A stretch of DNA of 64,000 nt from contig CAYVQU010000007.1 of the NCBI GenBank assembly GCA_964453155.1, forward strand, positions 3,036-67,035, given 5' to 3'. The notes beneath the pieces are model-generated. The model was not told where the DNA came from and did no database searches. It saw nothing but the letters and a program-made list of their open reading frames with translations. Made by a program: the position numbers and the translations under genes. The stretch is from an uncultured Anaerolineales bacterium (GTDB taxonomy: Bacteria; Chloroflexota; Anaerolineae; Anaerolineales; UBA11858). Positions 1 through 10,250 of this stretch are shown here, piece by piece. Within the stretch, counting starts at the first letter, position 1. Each line of letters starts with the position of its first letter.

Positions 1-1262
1 TTGAGTCCGTAATAAAAAACGGAGGTAAAGACGCTCAGGTATGCAATTAATCCCAATAACCCGGCAAACACCATCGAATCCCAGGTTTCGTTGTGGGAGC
101 GATCTGGAGAAGCATTACGTTTCTCAACATAGGCCAGTTCGGGGGGATAAAATGGGTTGTACGCCATGTGCATCGACTCGGGTCCATAACCGACTAGGGG
201 GCGGATGGTGTTAAATGTATCCACCGTGCCATCGGGGAATTCGATGGGATCATGGGGGGTAACCATTTCGAAAGATCCCCCCCAAATTAACGATCGTACT
301 CGGGCGGTACGACTTTGGGTGTTTAGCAATTGACCCAACCTTCGAAATGAATCTATGGAATGTAAATCTTCAAATGGGCCATTTGGAATATTTAATACCA
401 CCAAAAAACTAGCCGCGCTAATTGCGATGCCAATCAGTGTGAAGGTTAACCACCGTTTTTGCCAGAATAAAGAGAGAAGGACAAAGAGAAAAAATCCCCC
501 TACGAATATCCCGAGCCAGGGTCCCCGGCTTTGGGTAAAAAAGATAGCAATGATTTGTAAGGCGGCAATGAAAATATAGACTGTTGCCCGGGCAGTTTGA
601 TTACTTAAGTTTTCGTCTTCAGTAAGAATGCGTTTGAACGCATCGACGATCCGGCCAATGGTAAGTGGAAAAACCATAATCAAATACGCCGCTACAAAGA
701 TTGGGTTGCCCATATGAGAAGAAACACGGCGAGTCACATCGCCACCCCAAGGAATTGGGTCGATGCCATATTTTTGGAGGATGCCGTACAAACTTACGGG
801 CAAACTAATCAGCACGATGGTCGTCAACAACCGTTCAACCTGGGATTTCGTTCGCAAATTTCCTATGATAACTGCTAAGATAACCAGATAAGCTAACGTG
901 GTGTACATTCCCTGCAATCGTTGGTATGATCCCCACAAGCTGATACGTGGTGTTACCGAGAAGATGGTTGCGATAATATAGGTCACCGCTAACAGTATGA
1001 CCGGAACTATGAGGGGTATTTGACCAATATCCCGTAACGAGAATGCTTGCCGATTTTTGTGAGAATTTCCTTCGAATTGGGCAAGAACTTTCACACCCCA
1101 GGCCAACAGCATAATCAGCGCCAGAGTTCTGACTAAAGTAGCTTTATCGGGTTCGAATATCCGACTGGAGTATTTGTTGAAAAACAGCGGTGCCATCACC
1201 ACTGCAGCTAACCAGCAAGCCTCTATGACACCTTCGGCGTAACGACTCAGTTTTGTGGGCAT
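1..1262 (-). CDS. O-antigen ligase/polymerase-like (Wzy/WaaL family) polytopic membrane protein; C-terminus lies beyond the window edge
   Basis: Absent from the ORF track because it has no stop in the window. My translation of the minus strand from ATG 1262..1260 gives MPTKLSRYAEGVIEACWLAAVVMAPLFFNKYSSRIFEPDKATLVRTLALIMLLAWGVKVLAQFEG. The same frame at ~540 reads FTQSRGPWLGIFVGGFFLFV. It is a multi-span hydrophobic protein with an SRG loop motif typical of the O-antigen ligase family, and it is divergent from the glycan operon. Confidence 0.55.
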   Translation of the reverse strand, partial: MPTKLSRYAEGVIEACWLAAVVMAPLFFNKYSSRIFEPDKATLVRTLALIMLLAWGVKVLAQFEGNSHKNRQAFSLRDIGQIPLIVPVILLAVTYIIATIFSVTPRISLWGSYQRLQGMYTTLAYLVILAVIIGNLRTKSQVERLLTTIVLISLPVSLYGILQKYGIDPIPWGGDVTRRVSSHMGNPIFVAAYLIMVFPLTIGRIVDAFKRILTEDENLSNQTARATVYIFIAALQIIAIFFTQSRGPWLGIFVGGFFLFVLLSLFWQKRWLTFTLIGIAISAASFLVVLNIPNGPFEDLHSIDSFRRLGQLLNTQSRTARVRSLIWGGSFEMVTPHDPIEFPDGTVDTFNTIRPLVGYGPESMHMAYNPFYPPELAYVEKRNASPDRSHNETWDSMVFAGLLGLIAYLSVFTSVFYYGL

Positions 1263-1415
1263 TGTGATTGATACCTGATGGATTTGATTTTTCCTTTGAA
1301 GTTCATTTTTTGAAATATAAGGAAATGATTTTCGAAGGAGGTAATTTGTATTCTGGTTTGAAAATTAACTTATCTATGAATCGCAATATTACCATACATT
1401 CATTTTGGATTTTAT

Positions 1416-2738
1416 ATGGAGAAGCGTGATCTGAAAGCACTTTCGATCAAAGGATGGCAGTTCCTTTTTACTAGAATTAGAAGCCGTCGTTTAGTAAGAG
1501 ATAGTGGTTTATTGGTATTGGCTAACATCATCGTTGTGATACTCGGTTTGGTCCGAATTCCACTAGTGACACGGATTTTTACCAAAGATGAAGTGGGGAT
1601 GATTGCGGTAGTTGGGTCATTGTTGCCATTTATGCATCTGCTTTCCCTGTCTGGTTTGGATAGCGCTAACTATCATTATGTTGCGCGGGGTTTTTCATCT
1701 GCATTCAAAATAACAATATCAAAGCGATTAAAATTGTCAATATTGAGTGGATTGGGATTGTTAATTGGAGCTGGGTATTGGTATTGGAAAGGCGAGACTA
1801 CCCTGACATGGTTATTTATAGTTACCGCTGTAACATATCCATTCACTTATGGGTTGACATCTGCCTCGGGCACTTTAGGTGCAAAAGAGGACTTTATTCG
1901 TCTTTTTGGGTTTCGGGTTGGAACAGCTATCTCTAAATATGCTGGCTTTGTTATCATTTGGTTATTGCAGGGGATGATTATCAGTGTTGTAACTTTTTAT
2001 TCGGCAAATATTCTCGCGTTATTGTTACTTCAGGTTGGTTTTACGATTTTTTTGTTATCTAAGTTAGGCTCAAATCCATCTCAGAATTTTCACCTTAAAG
2101 ACCAACAAGAGATGGTGCAATATGGAGGCCATCTAACTGTGATAGCTGGCTTTACCATTTTGCAATCAAGGGTTGATGCACTGTTGATTGGGTGGTTGCT
2201 ACCATTGAGCGTAATGGCTGATTTTTCAATTGCTCAAATAGTATATACCCAAGTAAAGGGCTTATGGATGATTTATCGTGGAATTCGATATCCGAGGTTG
2301 GTTCGATTTCCGGTAGATCGACGGCGAAAAAGAATAGCATTTGAAATGGTTTTCGTTGTGGTTGTTTTTTTTCTTATAAGTTTAACTTTAGGAATGATTC
2401 TTTGGTTATTTATCCCAATAATATTGCCGAAAAGTTATATATCTAGTATTGTATTTATTTGCTGGTTGTTGCTGGCTTTTGTAGCGGGCATACCAGGGTT
2501 TTTTGTCGAACTCTATTTTCAGACTTGTCAGGATCAGCAGGGACAATATATATTGAGGGGAACATCGGCAATAGTTGGTGTGTTTCTACCATTGTTATCG
2601 TTTTTCATATGGCAGGTGAACGGGATTATGATTGGACGATTTCTTGCTAATCTATTGTTTTCTATTCTTGGAGTCGTCCTATTCATATCAAATAATCCAT
2701 CCCGCAAAATTCTAGCGGATGGTAATGGAAAACTCTAA
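1416..2738 (+). CDS. Polysaccharide/oligosaccharide flippase-like (Wzx / MOP-PST type) membrane protein
   Basis: 440-aa ORF with roughly 12 hydrophobic spans. N-terminal pattern LLVLANIIVVILGLVRIPLVTRIF is typical of polysaccharide biosynthesis (PST) proteins. First gene of a tightly packed glycan operon. Confidence 0.55.
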   Translation: MEKRDLKALSIKGWQFLFTRIRSRRLVRDSGLLVLANIIVVILGLVRIPLVTRIFTKDEVGMIAVVGSLLPFMHLLSLSGLDSANYHYVARGFSSAFKITISKRLKLSILSGLGLLIGAGYWYWKGETTLTWLFIVTAVTYPFTYGLTSASGTLGAKEDFIRLFGFRVGTAISKYAGFVIIWLLQGMIISVVTFYSANILALLLLQVGFTIFLLSKLGSNPSQNFHLKDQQEMVQYGGHLTVIAGFTILQSRVDALLIGWLLPLSVMADFSIAQIVYTQVKGLWMIYRGIRYPRLVRFPVDRRRKRIAFEMVFVVVVFFLISLTLGMILWLFIPIILPKSYISSIVFICWLLLAFVAGIPGFFVELYFQTCQDQQGQYILRGTSAIVGVFLPLLSFFIWQVNGIMIGRFLANLLFSILGVVLFISNNPSRKILADGNGKL

Positions 2739-2791
2739 TGGTAAAGGTACTTTATGTCTTTCGGAGATGATGCTCAGTGTGATCCCAACTT

Positions 2792-3529
2792 ATGATGCGA
2801 AATGAAGTGAAATACGATAAATATAAACACGGGCAGGCTTATCATTGGCAACAAATATCAAAATCTCTTCGATATCGTAATATTTTTGTAATTGCCCGAT
2901 ACAAACTGGTTTTAGAGAATCTAAAATCAAAACCAGAACAGATAGTTTTGGATGTTGGAGGAGGCGATGGCGCTTTGAGTTTCCAAATTGCCAAATCTGG
3001 TGCTCGTCCAATAATTGTTGATACCTCGGAAGATGCCTTGCGTTTTGCGGATCAGGAATTTTTGAAGCGCAAACTCAAAGCTAGTGTAGTAAATGGAAAT
3101 GTTTATGATTTACCTTTGCCCTCAAATTATATTGATGCTTCAGTTTGTTGCGATGTGATTGAGCATGTCAGATCACCAGAAAAATTATTGAGCGAGGTTT
3201 ACCGGGTATTAAAACCTGGCGGCATGTTCGTAATAACAACACCTTTGCGTATCACCGAAGTTCCGAACGATAAATTTCATGTCCGAGAATATTTTTCGAG
3301 CGAATTATTTGAGATTATTGCATCCATATTTGATGAAGTATCAGTAAGCTCCTTTGCCCCAATTGCCTTGAAAGATTTATATAATTTAAACATTCGGTTC
3401 GCAGGAAATAAACGTTTGTTTCGAACCCTGTTTAATGCGATCGAACTGATTTTCAAATATAATTTATTTTTGAGCAAACTGCCATTTGCTCACCAAAGTA
3501 TGCTAATCGCCACAGCCCAAAAAATCTGA
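2792..3529 (+). CDS. Class I SAM-dependent methyltransferase
   Basis: Motif I VLDVGGGDG, then DVIEHV and LKPGGMFVITTP. 245 aa. Confidence 0.75.
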   Translation: MMRNEVKYDKYKHGQAYHWQQISKSLRYRNIFVIARYKLVLENLKSKPEQIVLDVGGGDGALSFQIAKSGARPIIVDTSEDALRFADQEFLKRKLKASVVNGNVYDLPLPSNYIDASVCCDVIEHVRSPEKLLSEVYRVLKPGGMFVITTPLRITEVPNDKFHVREYFSSELFEIIASIFDEVSVSSFAPIALKDLYNLNIRFAGNKRLFRTLFNAIELIFKYNLFLSKLPFAHQSMLIATAQKI

Positions 3530-4335
3530 TGCTTTATTTTGATTCATCACAAAAGCGGTTGATATATGTTGATTCGTCAGCAGATTCCAAGTTTTGGGAT
3601 CGACAATGGCTTTCAAATAAAGAAGCCATATTTAATGTAATGCAAACGAAAAACACTTATGTTTCTAGAATTACGAAAAAATATATTAATCAGACTGATG
3701 GGCAGATACTTATCGGCGGATGTGGTCGTGGTCATCATGTTGCAGCTCTTTCAAATATCGGTTTCAAATGCATAGGAGTAGATTACGCTAAGGAGACAGT
3801 AAAAACTTTGAACCAGCATGCCCCAGAACTAAACATTCGATTTGGTGATGTGCGAGAATTGCAGTATGCAGATGGAACCTTCTATGGTTATTGGTCTTTA
3901 GGGCTGATCGAACATCTATGGGATGGATACCAGAACATTTTGGACGAAATGTCCCGGGTGGTTCGTGACGATGGATATCTCTTTGTTACCTTCCCCTATA
4001 TGTCGCCATTACGTTTATTGAAATCCAAATTAAAAATTTATCCTAAATGGTGTGATAATCAAAAGCCCCAAAATTTTTATCAGTTTGCATTAGATCACAA
4101 GGCAGTAATAAAAGATTTTTGTACGCATGGGTTTAACTTGGTATCTGTTCGCGGATTAGATGGAATAAAGGGGATGAAAAGTGAACTCCGCATATTCCGT
4201 AATGTTCTGCAAACCCTTTACGACTATCGAGGTCAATCATTTTTCCTTAGAGGTTTTCGCTTGGTATTATCAAATTTTCTGGCAAGTTTTGCTGCGCATT
4301 CGGTTTTGTTGGTTTTTCGACGTTCTTCTCGTTAG
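3529..4335 (+). CDS. SAM-dependent methyltransferase (class I-like)
   Basis: ILIGGCGRGHH glycine-rich motif, GLIEHL, VVRDDGYLFVTFP. The start overlaps the previous stop by 1 nt (TGATG). Confidence 0.65.
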   Translation: MLYFDSSQKRLIYVDSSADSKFWDRQWLSNKEAIFNVMQTKNTYVSRITKKYINQTDGQILIGGCGRGHHVAALSNIGFKCIGVDYAKETVKTLNQHAPELNIRFGDVRELQYADGTFYGYWSLGLIEHLWDGYQNILDEMSRVVRDDGYLFVTFPYMSPLRLLKSKLKIYPKWCDNQKPQNFYQFALDHKAVIKDFCTHGFNLVSVRGLDGIKGMKSELRIFRNVLQTLYDYRGQSFFLRGFRLVLSNFLASFAAHSVLLVFRRSSR

Positions 4336-4339
4336 TTAT

Positions 4340-5329
4340 ATGCAAATTTGTATTTGGTATGAAATTACAGAATCGGCTTGGGGGGGTAGCAACTCGTTCT
4401 TGCGTTCTTTATCAAAGCAGTTAATTCGGTTAGGATATCGTGTTACAAATACGCCTAATCCTACAGATGATATTGTCTTAATAAATAGCTGGTCGCGAGG
4501 GTTAGGAAAGCTATTAAAGCCGGTGCAGGTAAAATACATTCAATCCATGGGGCATAGATTTCGCCTTGAGATATTGTTGCATAAAATCAAAAGCAGCTCC
4601 AAAAGTCGTGGGGTTCCGGTTGTGCATCGTTTGGATGGTGTTGCCAGTTTGTATGGCAGAAAAGATTCGCGGGCCGATACTATTCAATGTCAGCTTGCAA
4701 GCATGGTTGATCAAGTGATTTTTCAAAGTCACTATTCACAAGCTAGCTTTGCTTCGTTTGGTGTTTTTCCAAAAAACGCGCGCATAATCCATAATGCTGT
4801 TGATGGTTCAATATTTTTCCCGTCAAATACTCATCGTAGCCCGCAAAGTAAATTGCGTTTGATGTCGGTATCGTGGTCTCAAAACCCAATGAAAGGTTTT
4901 GAATGGTTATCAAAAATTTCTGCAATACCAAATGTTGAATTGTGTTTTGTTGGTAATTGGTGTAAATCCATCGATCCAGGAAATGTTCATCTTTTAGGTG
5001 TTCGGAATGCTGAAGAAATTGCTGAGCTTTTGAGAAACTCAGATATTTTTGTTCATGCGGCCGAAAATGATCCTTGCTCAAATTCGATTGTTGAGGCATT
5101 GGCGAGTGGTTTACCCATTCTTTATCATGGCTCTGGGGGAAACCCTGAACTTGCAGGTGGTTTTGGTCTACCATTAGGTGATAATTTTAAGGATGTAATT
5201 GCGGAGCTGCACACCCGTTATGGTGAATTTCGAGAGAAAGTTATCGAGCATCGGCCCTTATTTTTAATCGAAACTGCTACTCAGAAATACCTTAATGTTT
5301 TTAGGGATGTTCTTGGGAAAAATGGATAA
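4340..5329 (+). CDS. Glycosyltransferase, GT-B fold (GT4/GT1-like)
   Basis: The track ORF 4181..5329 overlaps the previous gene. In-frame ATG at 4340 (MQICIWYEITESAWGGSNSF) sits just after the upstream stop. C-terminal pattern AENDPCSNSIVEALASGLPILYHGSGGNPEL resembles the EX7E region of Glycos_transf_1. Confidence 0.65.
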   Translation: MQICIWYEITESAWGGSNSFLRSLSKQLIRLGYRVTNTPNPTDDIVLINSWSRGLGKLLKPVQVKYIQSMGHRFRLEILLHKIKSSSKSRGVPVVHRLDGVASLYGRKDSRADTIQCQLASMVDQVIFQSHYSQASFASFGVFPKNARIIHNAVDGSIFFPSNTHRSPQSKLRLMSVSWSQNPMKGFEWLSKISAIPNVELCFVGNWCKSIDPGNVHLLGVRNAEEIAELLRNSDIFVHAAENDPCSNSIVEALASGLPILYHGSGGNPELAGGFGLPLGDNFKDVIAELHTRYGEFREKVIEHRPLFLIETATQKYLNVFRDVLGKNG

Positions 5330-6365
5330 ACGAACTCGCCCCAAAATTACTTGGTTTGTTCCAAAACCTCGTTATCGATATTTGTATCGTATGTTTGGTT
5401 ATTCGGACTGGAACCCTGAGATTTCTCTGGCAAGTGTTTGGATCCGCAGTTACCAACTTGTACCATACCTAAGCCAAAAATATGACATAAATTGTAATCT
5501 CCCTGATCAACAACCAGACGTCGCGATTTTTTTAAGACGGCTAACCGCCGCGGATATATTATTAGCAAAACAATTGAAGTCCAAAGGAACCAAGATAATT
5601 TTAGATGTTGTTGTAAATTATTTTGAAGCACGTGATGGCGGCTCCGGAGGGTATCGGCAATCATCGCAGCAACAAGTGGAAATTTTTTTTCAATTTATTG
5701 AATTGGCTGACCAAATTTGGACCGTATCCCCATTCCTGCAAGTTAAAGCAGCCCAATACCATAAAAATTCACATTTCGTTTCTGATTCTGTCGATATCAA
5801 TCATTTTCGACCGCCAACCAAATTCGTTCAGAATAGATTGAGTGCTGAATCAGTGATTTTGGGATGGGCTGGTGTGTCACCAAAAGCAAAATCATTGGAG
5901 GAAATTGCCCCCATAATCAAACCATTTATCGATAATGGTCAAATAAAAGTTGTAATAATTACAAGAAAAAGACCTAAACTTAGCTTCCCGTTTGATTTTT
6001 ATCCCTGGCGATATAAGACTTTCCCTTCCAAAATCGCACAATGCGATTTATGTATCGCCCCTCGAGTTGTTGATAATGATTATACCCGCGGCCATAGTAT
6101 TTTTAAAATTGGCGCGTTTATGGCATTAGGGGTACCCGCATTGGCTGGGCCAGTCCCATCGTATGATTTATTACTTGGAGATGGCAAAGGGGGGGTGATT
6201 TGTCAATCCTATGAGGATTGGGATTATTATATTAATGAATTTATAAATAATGATGTCTTGCGAAATGAAGAGAGTCAAAACGCTTATCAGAAGATACAAC
6301 CCTATATCACATCAAATATTTGCTCACAAGTTGATCGTTTGATTTCCGAAATGCTGAATATTTAA
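5322..6365 (+). CDS. Glycosyltransferase-like protein (GT-B-like C-terminal half)
   Basis: Start chosen at ATG 5322 (MDKRTRPK), overlapping the upstream stop as ATGGATAA; the alternative start is 5295. ILGWAGVSPKAKSL ... IFKIGAFMALGVPALAGPVPSY resembles the nucleotide-sugar-binding half of GT-B enzymes. Confidence 0.5.
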   Translation: MDKRTRPKITWFVPKPRYRYLYRMFGYSDWNPEISLASVWIRSYQLVPYLSQKYDINCNLPDQQPDVAIFLRRLTAADILLAKQLKSKGTKIILDVVVNYFEARDGGSGGYRQSSQQQVEIFFQFIELADQIWTVSPFLQVKAAQYHKNSHFVSDSVDINHFRPPTKFVQNRLSAESVILGWAGVSPKAKSLEEIAPIIKPFIDNGQIKVVIITRKRPKLSFPFDFYPWRYKTFPSKIAQCDLCIAPRVVDNDYTRGHSIFKIGAFMALGVPALAGPVPSYDLLLGDGKGGVICQSYEDWDYYINEFINNDVLRNEESQNAYQKIQPYITSNICSQVDRLISEMLNI

Positions 6366-6368
6366 ATT

Positions 6369-7070
6369 ATGATAAATATTAAACGCTTATCTAGAGTTGT
6401 TATATCAAAGGGGTTGAATCTTCTATCTGCCAGGAAATTACTTTGCGCTCTCTTTTTTATTGATAACTGGCTTTACTATTTTCAAACCCAAGCTGCAACT
6501 CGTTACAATAATGGTATCCATCCCAAACATCGATTGACACAATACCATAATTTTTTTGTTGATAGAATTCAAGATGACGAAAAGGTATTAGATATTGGTT
6601 GTGGCATTGGGGTGGTTGCATTCGATTTAGCGGGAAAAACCGGGGCGTATGTTGTGGGGATAGATATAAATCCAAAGAACATTTCTCTAGCAAGAGAAAA
6701 GCACCAGCATGAAAACGTTCGTTATATTTGCCAAGATATTTTCACCTGGGAACCTGACCAGTGTTATGACACTGTAATACTTTCCAATGTTTTAGAACAT
6801 CTGAAAGAACGTTCAAAATTGTTACAGAAATTAAGGTGGACTGTGAACCCCTCCCGGTTTCTTATCCGAGTACCTCTATTTGAAAGGGATTGGCGCATCC
6901 CATTGAAAAAAGAGTTGGGCCTGGAATGGCGTTTAGATCCAACCCATGTGCTTGAATACTCATTTGAAACATTTGAGAATGAAATACGTTTAGCGGGATT
7001 AACCATTAAAAGCCACGAAATTCGTTGGGGAGAGATTTGGGCGGAAATAATACCTCAAGAAGAGATTTAA
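6369..7070 (+). CDS. Class I SAM-dependent methyltransferase
   Basis: VLDIGCGIGVVAFDLA (motif I), GIDINPKNISLA, DTVILSNVLEHL. Confidence 0.75.
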   Translation: MINIKRLSRVVISKGLNLLSARKLLCALFFIDNWLYYFQTQAATRYNNGIHPKHRLTQYHNFFVDRIQDDEKVLDIGCGIGVVAFDLAGKTGAYVVGIDINPKNISLAREKHQHENVRYICQDIFTWEPDQCYDTVILSNVLEHLKERSKLLQKLRWTVNPSRFLIRVPLFERDWRIPLKKELGLEWRLDPTHVLEYSFETFENEIRLAGLTIKSHEIRWGEIWAEIIPQEEI

Positions 7071-7071
7071 T

Positions 7072-8205
7072 ATGGTTTCACCCAGTGAAATTCATCTAGT
7101 TCTTTTTCTCTCACGTTCAACTCCCTTGAGACGTTGGCATAAAAAAGGAATTTTTTCCAGGGAAATTGCCATCTATAAGGCCCTGGCTCAAGAAATTGGC
7201 AAAGTCAGTATTGTTACGAGTGGGGGGGCTGATGAATTAGATTTTCAGACCGACCTTGGAAAAATCGAGATAATATATAACCGCTGGCGGTTACCTGCTA
7301 ATGTTTTCAGTCTGCTCGCACCATTTCTGCATGGGAAAAGGCTATCTCAAGCCACAATCTTTAAAACTAATCAACTTGATGGCGCGTGGACGGCAATTAT
7401 TGCAGGTAAACTATATCGCAAACCAGTAATTTTGCGAGCCGGGTATCTTTGGTCAAAAAATTATCATCGCACAAATCCTGGATTGAGATCGGCCTTGATA
7501 AAAAGAATTGAGGCTATTTGTGTTAATAATTCGTCAGCGTTGATCGTAACGACAGATGCTATTAAAAGGTTTTTCAATCATGCAAATGCTATTAATAGAG
7601 ATAGGATTTTTGTTATTCCCAATTATGTGGATATTGAATTGTTTACCGTTCAAAAGGAAATCCCAAAAATCCCTGGTCGAATCTGTTTTATTGGTCGATT
7701 ATCACCAGAGAAGAATTTGTATTTATTGATACAGGCTATTGCGAGTATCAGGGGTATTTCCCTTGAAATAATTGGAGAAGGATCTCAGTATGATGAACTT
7801 TCTCGAATAGCTGAAAGCGAGAAAGCAGATGTAAGTTTTACTGGTTCAGTTTTCCATGCAGAGCTATATAAAAAAATCAACCAGGCAGAGATTTTTATCC
7901 TCCCGTCAAAATTTGAAGGCCATCCCAAAGCTTTAATTGAGGCTATGGCTTGTGGAGCAGCTGTTATTGGAACAGATGTAGAAGGTATTCAGGACATAAT
8001 TATTCATCGCCAAACCGGACTGCTCTGTAAGCCAACGGTTGAGAGTATCCGCACAGCCATCTTGGAGTTATATTCTACTCCCGAATTAAGGCAGCAACTC
8101 GGTAGAAACGCGCGCCAATTTGCAGTGGAAAATTTTGATTTACTACAAATTACCTCGAAAGAAATAGAGACCTATCGCGTGGTGATTTCTCGATATGAAC
8201 ACTAA
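7072..8205 (+). CDS. Glycosyltransferase family 4 (Glycos_transf_1)
   Basis: ICFIGRLSPEKN, ILPSKFEGHPKALIEAMACGAAVIGTDVEGIQDIIIHRQTGLL (EX7E signature). Confidence 0.8.
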   Translation: MVSPSEIHLVLFLSRSTPLRRWHKKGIFSREIAIYKALAQEIGKVSIVTSGGADELDFQTDLGKIEIIYNRWRLPANVFSLLAPFLHGKRLSQATIFKTNQLDGAWTAIIAGKLYRKPVILRAGYLWSKNYHRTNPGLRSALIKRIEAICVNNSSALIVTTDAIKRFFNHANAINRDRIFVIPNYVDIELFTVQKEIPKIPGRICFIGRLSPEKNLYLLIQAIASIRGISLEIIGEGSQYDELSRIAESEKADVSFTGSVFHAELYKKINQAEIFILPSKFEGHPKALIEAMACGAAVIGTDVEGIQDIIIHRQTGLLCKPTVESIRTAILELYSTPELRQQLGRNARQFAVENFDLLQITSKEIETYRVVISRYEH

Positions 8206-9361
8206 ACCTGATATTATTTGTTTTTCATCAACGGATTGGGATGACGTTTGGGGGAGTCGGCAGCAAATTATGTTGCGTTTTGCCCAAAGAGGCCATCGCG
8301 TATTTTTTTTTGAGCGCCCGGTTGGTCCCGAACATTTGATGAGATATCCAACAATGCGGGAGAATAAGCTCCATAGGTGGCGCGAAGGTCCTCGTCAAAT
8401 TGATGAGAGGCTTTGGATAATCAGCTTGCCGCTCTTGTTGCCCGGTCGGTATTTTTCACATCTGATTAATTCAATCAATCAATATGTTGTGTTGAGTTGG
8501 ACAAAAAGATTTCTAAAGCAAATGGCAATTGACGACCCGATTTTATGGCTCTACAAACCTGAATTTGGAAAACTCATTGGCCAATATAATGAAATTATTA
8601 GCGTTTATCACTGTATTGATGAGTTTACCGTCGGTACAAAAGGCCATAAAAAACGTGTAATTCAGTCTTTGGAAGAACAATTGCTTCAACGGGTTGATCT
8701 GGTTTTTGCAAATTCGACCAAAACATATCAAAACAAGCTTCAAAAAAAACCAAATACTTACCAAATTCCCAGCGCGGCGGATATCTCTCATTTTGCACAA
8801 TCTATGAATCCCGATCTGGTTCCTCACTCAAAAATTGAACATTTATCTCACCCCATCGCAGGATTTATTGGCAATATTACGAAACGAATTGATATTGATC
8901 TCTTGACAGAAACCGCGATTACTTTAAAACACTGGCAGTTTGTTCTTATTGGGCAGGTTTATACGCAACGAAAAAATATTCGTCATCTTCAAAAACTACC
9001 CAATGTTACTTTTCTGGGGCAGGTCCCGTTTATAGATTTACCATCATTGGCTAAGTGTGTTGATGTATTTTTGTTGCCTTATATCGATGGCGAGCATTCG
9101 TTATTTCGTAGCCCACTTAAGCTGTATGAGTATTTAGCTACGGGTCGTCCAATTGTCAGCACCCCACATCCAGAAGTGTATGAATTCAAAGAGTTGATAC
9201 TGATTGGAGCCAGTAAAAACGAATTCACTCAACAAATTTTGAATTCACAACAAGATACGGAAGCCCTGAAAGCCCAACGGCTTTCATTTGCTAAACAGAA
9301 TTCGTGGGATCATCGAGTTGATCAAATGGAAGCTATCATCACATCCCAAATTGCGAAGTAG
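8195..9361 (+). CDS. Glycosyltransferase (GT-B, TuaH-like)
   Basis: AGFIGNITKRIDIDLL, LPNVTFLGQVPF, LLPYIDGEHSLFRSPLKLYEYLATGRPIVSTP. 11-nt overlap with the upstream gene. Confidence 0.6.
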   Translation: MNTKPDIICFSSTDWDDVWGSRQQIMLRFAQRGHRVFFFERPVGPEHLMRYPTMRENKLHRWREGPRQIDERLWIISLPLLLPGRYFSHLINSINQYVVLSWTKRFLKQMAIDDPILWLYKPEFGKLIGQYNEIISVYHCIDEFTVGTKGHKKRVIQSLEEQLLQRVDLVFANSTKTYQNKLQKKPNTYQIPSAADISHFAQSMNPDLVPHSKIEHLSHPIAGFIGNITKRIDIDLLTETAITLKHWQFVLIGQVYTQRKNIRHLQKLPNVTFLGQVPFIDLPSLAKCVDVFLLPYIDGEHSLFRSPLKLYEYLATGRPIVSTPHPEVYEFKELILIGASKNEFTQQILNSQQDTEALKAQRLSFAKQNSWDHRVDQMEAIITSQIAK

Positions 9362-10246
9362 GTGGAGCTGAATATGCCATTAGGTCCTCGCATTCCAATT
9401 AAATATAATCGTAACTGTCTCCCAGCTTTTCTTCATGGATTGCTTCCAAGCATATCCGATCCTCGTCCAATTTTGCATCAACCTGATCTGTCTCAGACCG
9501 AGTTCTCAAAATGTGTCTCGTCCGTTCGGGTTGGGGGCACCTGGAAAACAACTCAAAAGTTCCGCCACAACACCAGTGATGATTTGATTATTAATTGGGC
9601 TAATTCAAAATCACAAATACTAGATGTTGGAGCCTCCGATGGGGTGACATCATTGGATCTTATTAAAAAATTGGGGATGAAGTTTGACCGATATATCGTA
9701 ACTGATGCCTACCTCACTGTATTTGTAATGAGTTGTTCAGATGGCACATATTTTTACGATGGTTTATCAAATGATGCGTTTATGAAAGTAACGGATACAT
9801 TTGTTGGGTATGCAGACGATAAAGATGCATTATTTCCTTTTGGATTAATTGCTAGAATTTTCCTATGTCAAGCTCCAACTTTTGAGGTAGGTAAAGCTAA
9901 AGAAATTTCACTTTGCCAGCCTGAGTTAATTGCTCAGTCGAAAGTTGATCCACGTTTGCGGGTGAAAGAGTGGAATATCCTAACTCCATGGGCTGGTGAA
10001 ATGGTAGATATGATTAAAGTTGCCAATGTTCTAAACAAACATTATTTTTCAAATGATAAGATAAAGATGGCGGCACGAAATTTGTATCGTGCATTACAGC
10101 CTAATGGGAAACTCGTAATCGTAGAAAATCGAGACAAAGAAAAAATTTCCGTCTTTCAAAAGGAAACCAATAAATTTAAGTTGATCCGTTCTGAAAATAG
10201 CGGCAGCGAGATTGAATATCTAATCCAAGACCTAGTCCTGGCGTGA
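9362..10246 (+). CDS. Hypothetical protein, possible divergent SAM-dependent methyltransferase
   Basis: GTG start directly after the upstream stop. ILDVGASDGVTSLDLIKKLG resembles motif I and LQPNGKLVIVEN resembles the post-II region. A weak call. Confidence 0.4.
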   Translation: MELNMPLGPRIPIKYNRNCLPAFLHGLLPSISDPRPILHQPDLSQTEFSKCVSSVRVGGTWKTTQKFRHNTSDDLIINWANSKSQILDVGASDGVTSLDLIKKLGMKFDRYIVTDAYLTVFVMSCSDGTYFYDGLSNDAFMKVTDTFVGYADDKDALFPFGLIARIFLCQAPTFEVGKAKEISLCQPELIAQSKVDPRLRVKEWNILTPWAGEMVDMIKVANVLNKHYFSNDKIKMAARNLYRALQPNGKLVIVENRDKEKISVFQKETNKFKLIRSENSGSEIEYLIQDLVLA

Positions 10247-10250
10247 TGTT

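Noticed and set aside
355-579. 74-aa plus-strand ORF from the track
   Set aside because: It lies antisense inside the long open minus-strand frame of the Wzy/WaaL-like membrane protein (1..1262). Its composition is low-complexity and basic, and it has no RBS context.
4181-4339. N-terminal 53-codon extension of the glycosyltransferase ORF
   Set aside because: The extension overlaps the 3' end of the preceding methyltransferase gene in another frame. The in-frame ATG at 4340, right after that gene's stop, gives a sensible GT N-terminus.
4743-5174. 143-aa minus-strand ORF
   Set aside because: It is antisense to a well-supported glycosyltransferase gene in a co-directional operon, and its sequence is not protein-like (Q/H/L-rich). 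The same reasoning applies to the other antisense or off-frame ORFs inside long genes. Examples are 17663..18157, 19059..19400, 29793..30221, 40719..41060, 58058..58408, 59269..59640, 61964..62341 and 62743..63150.
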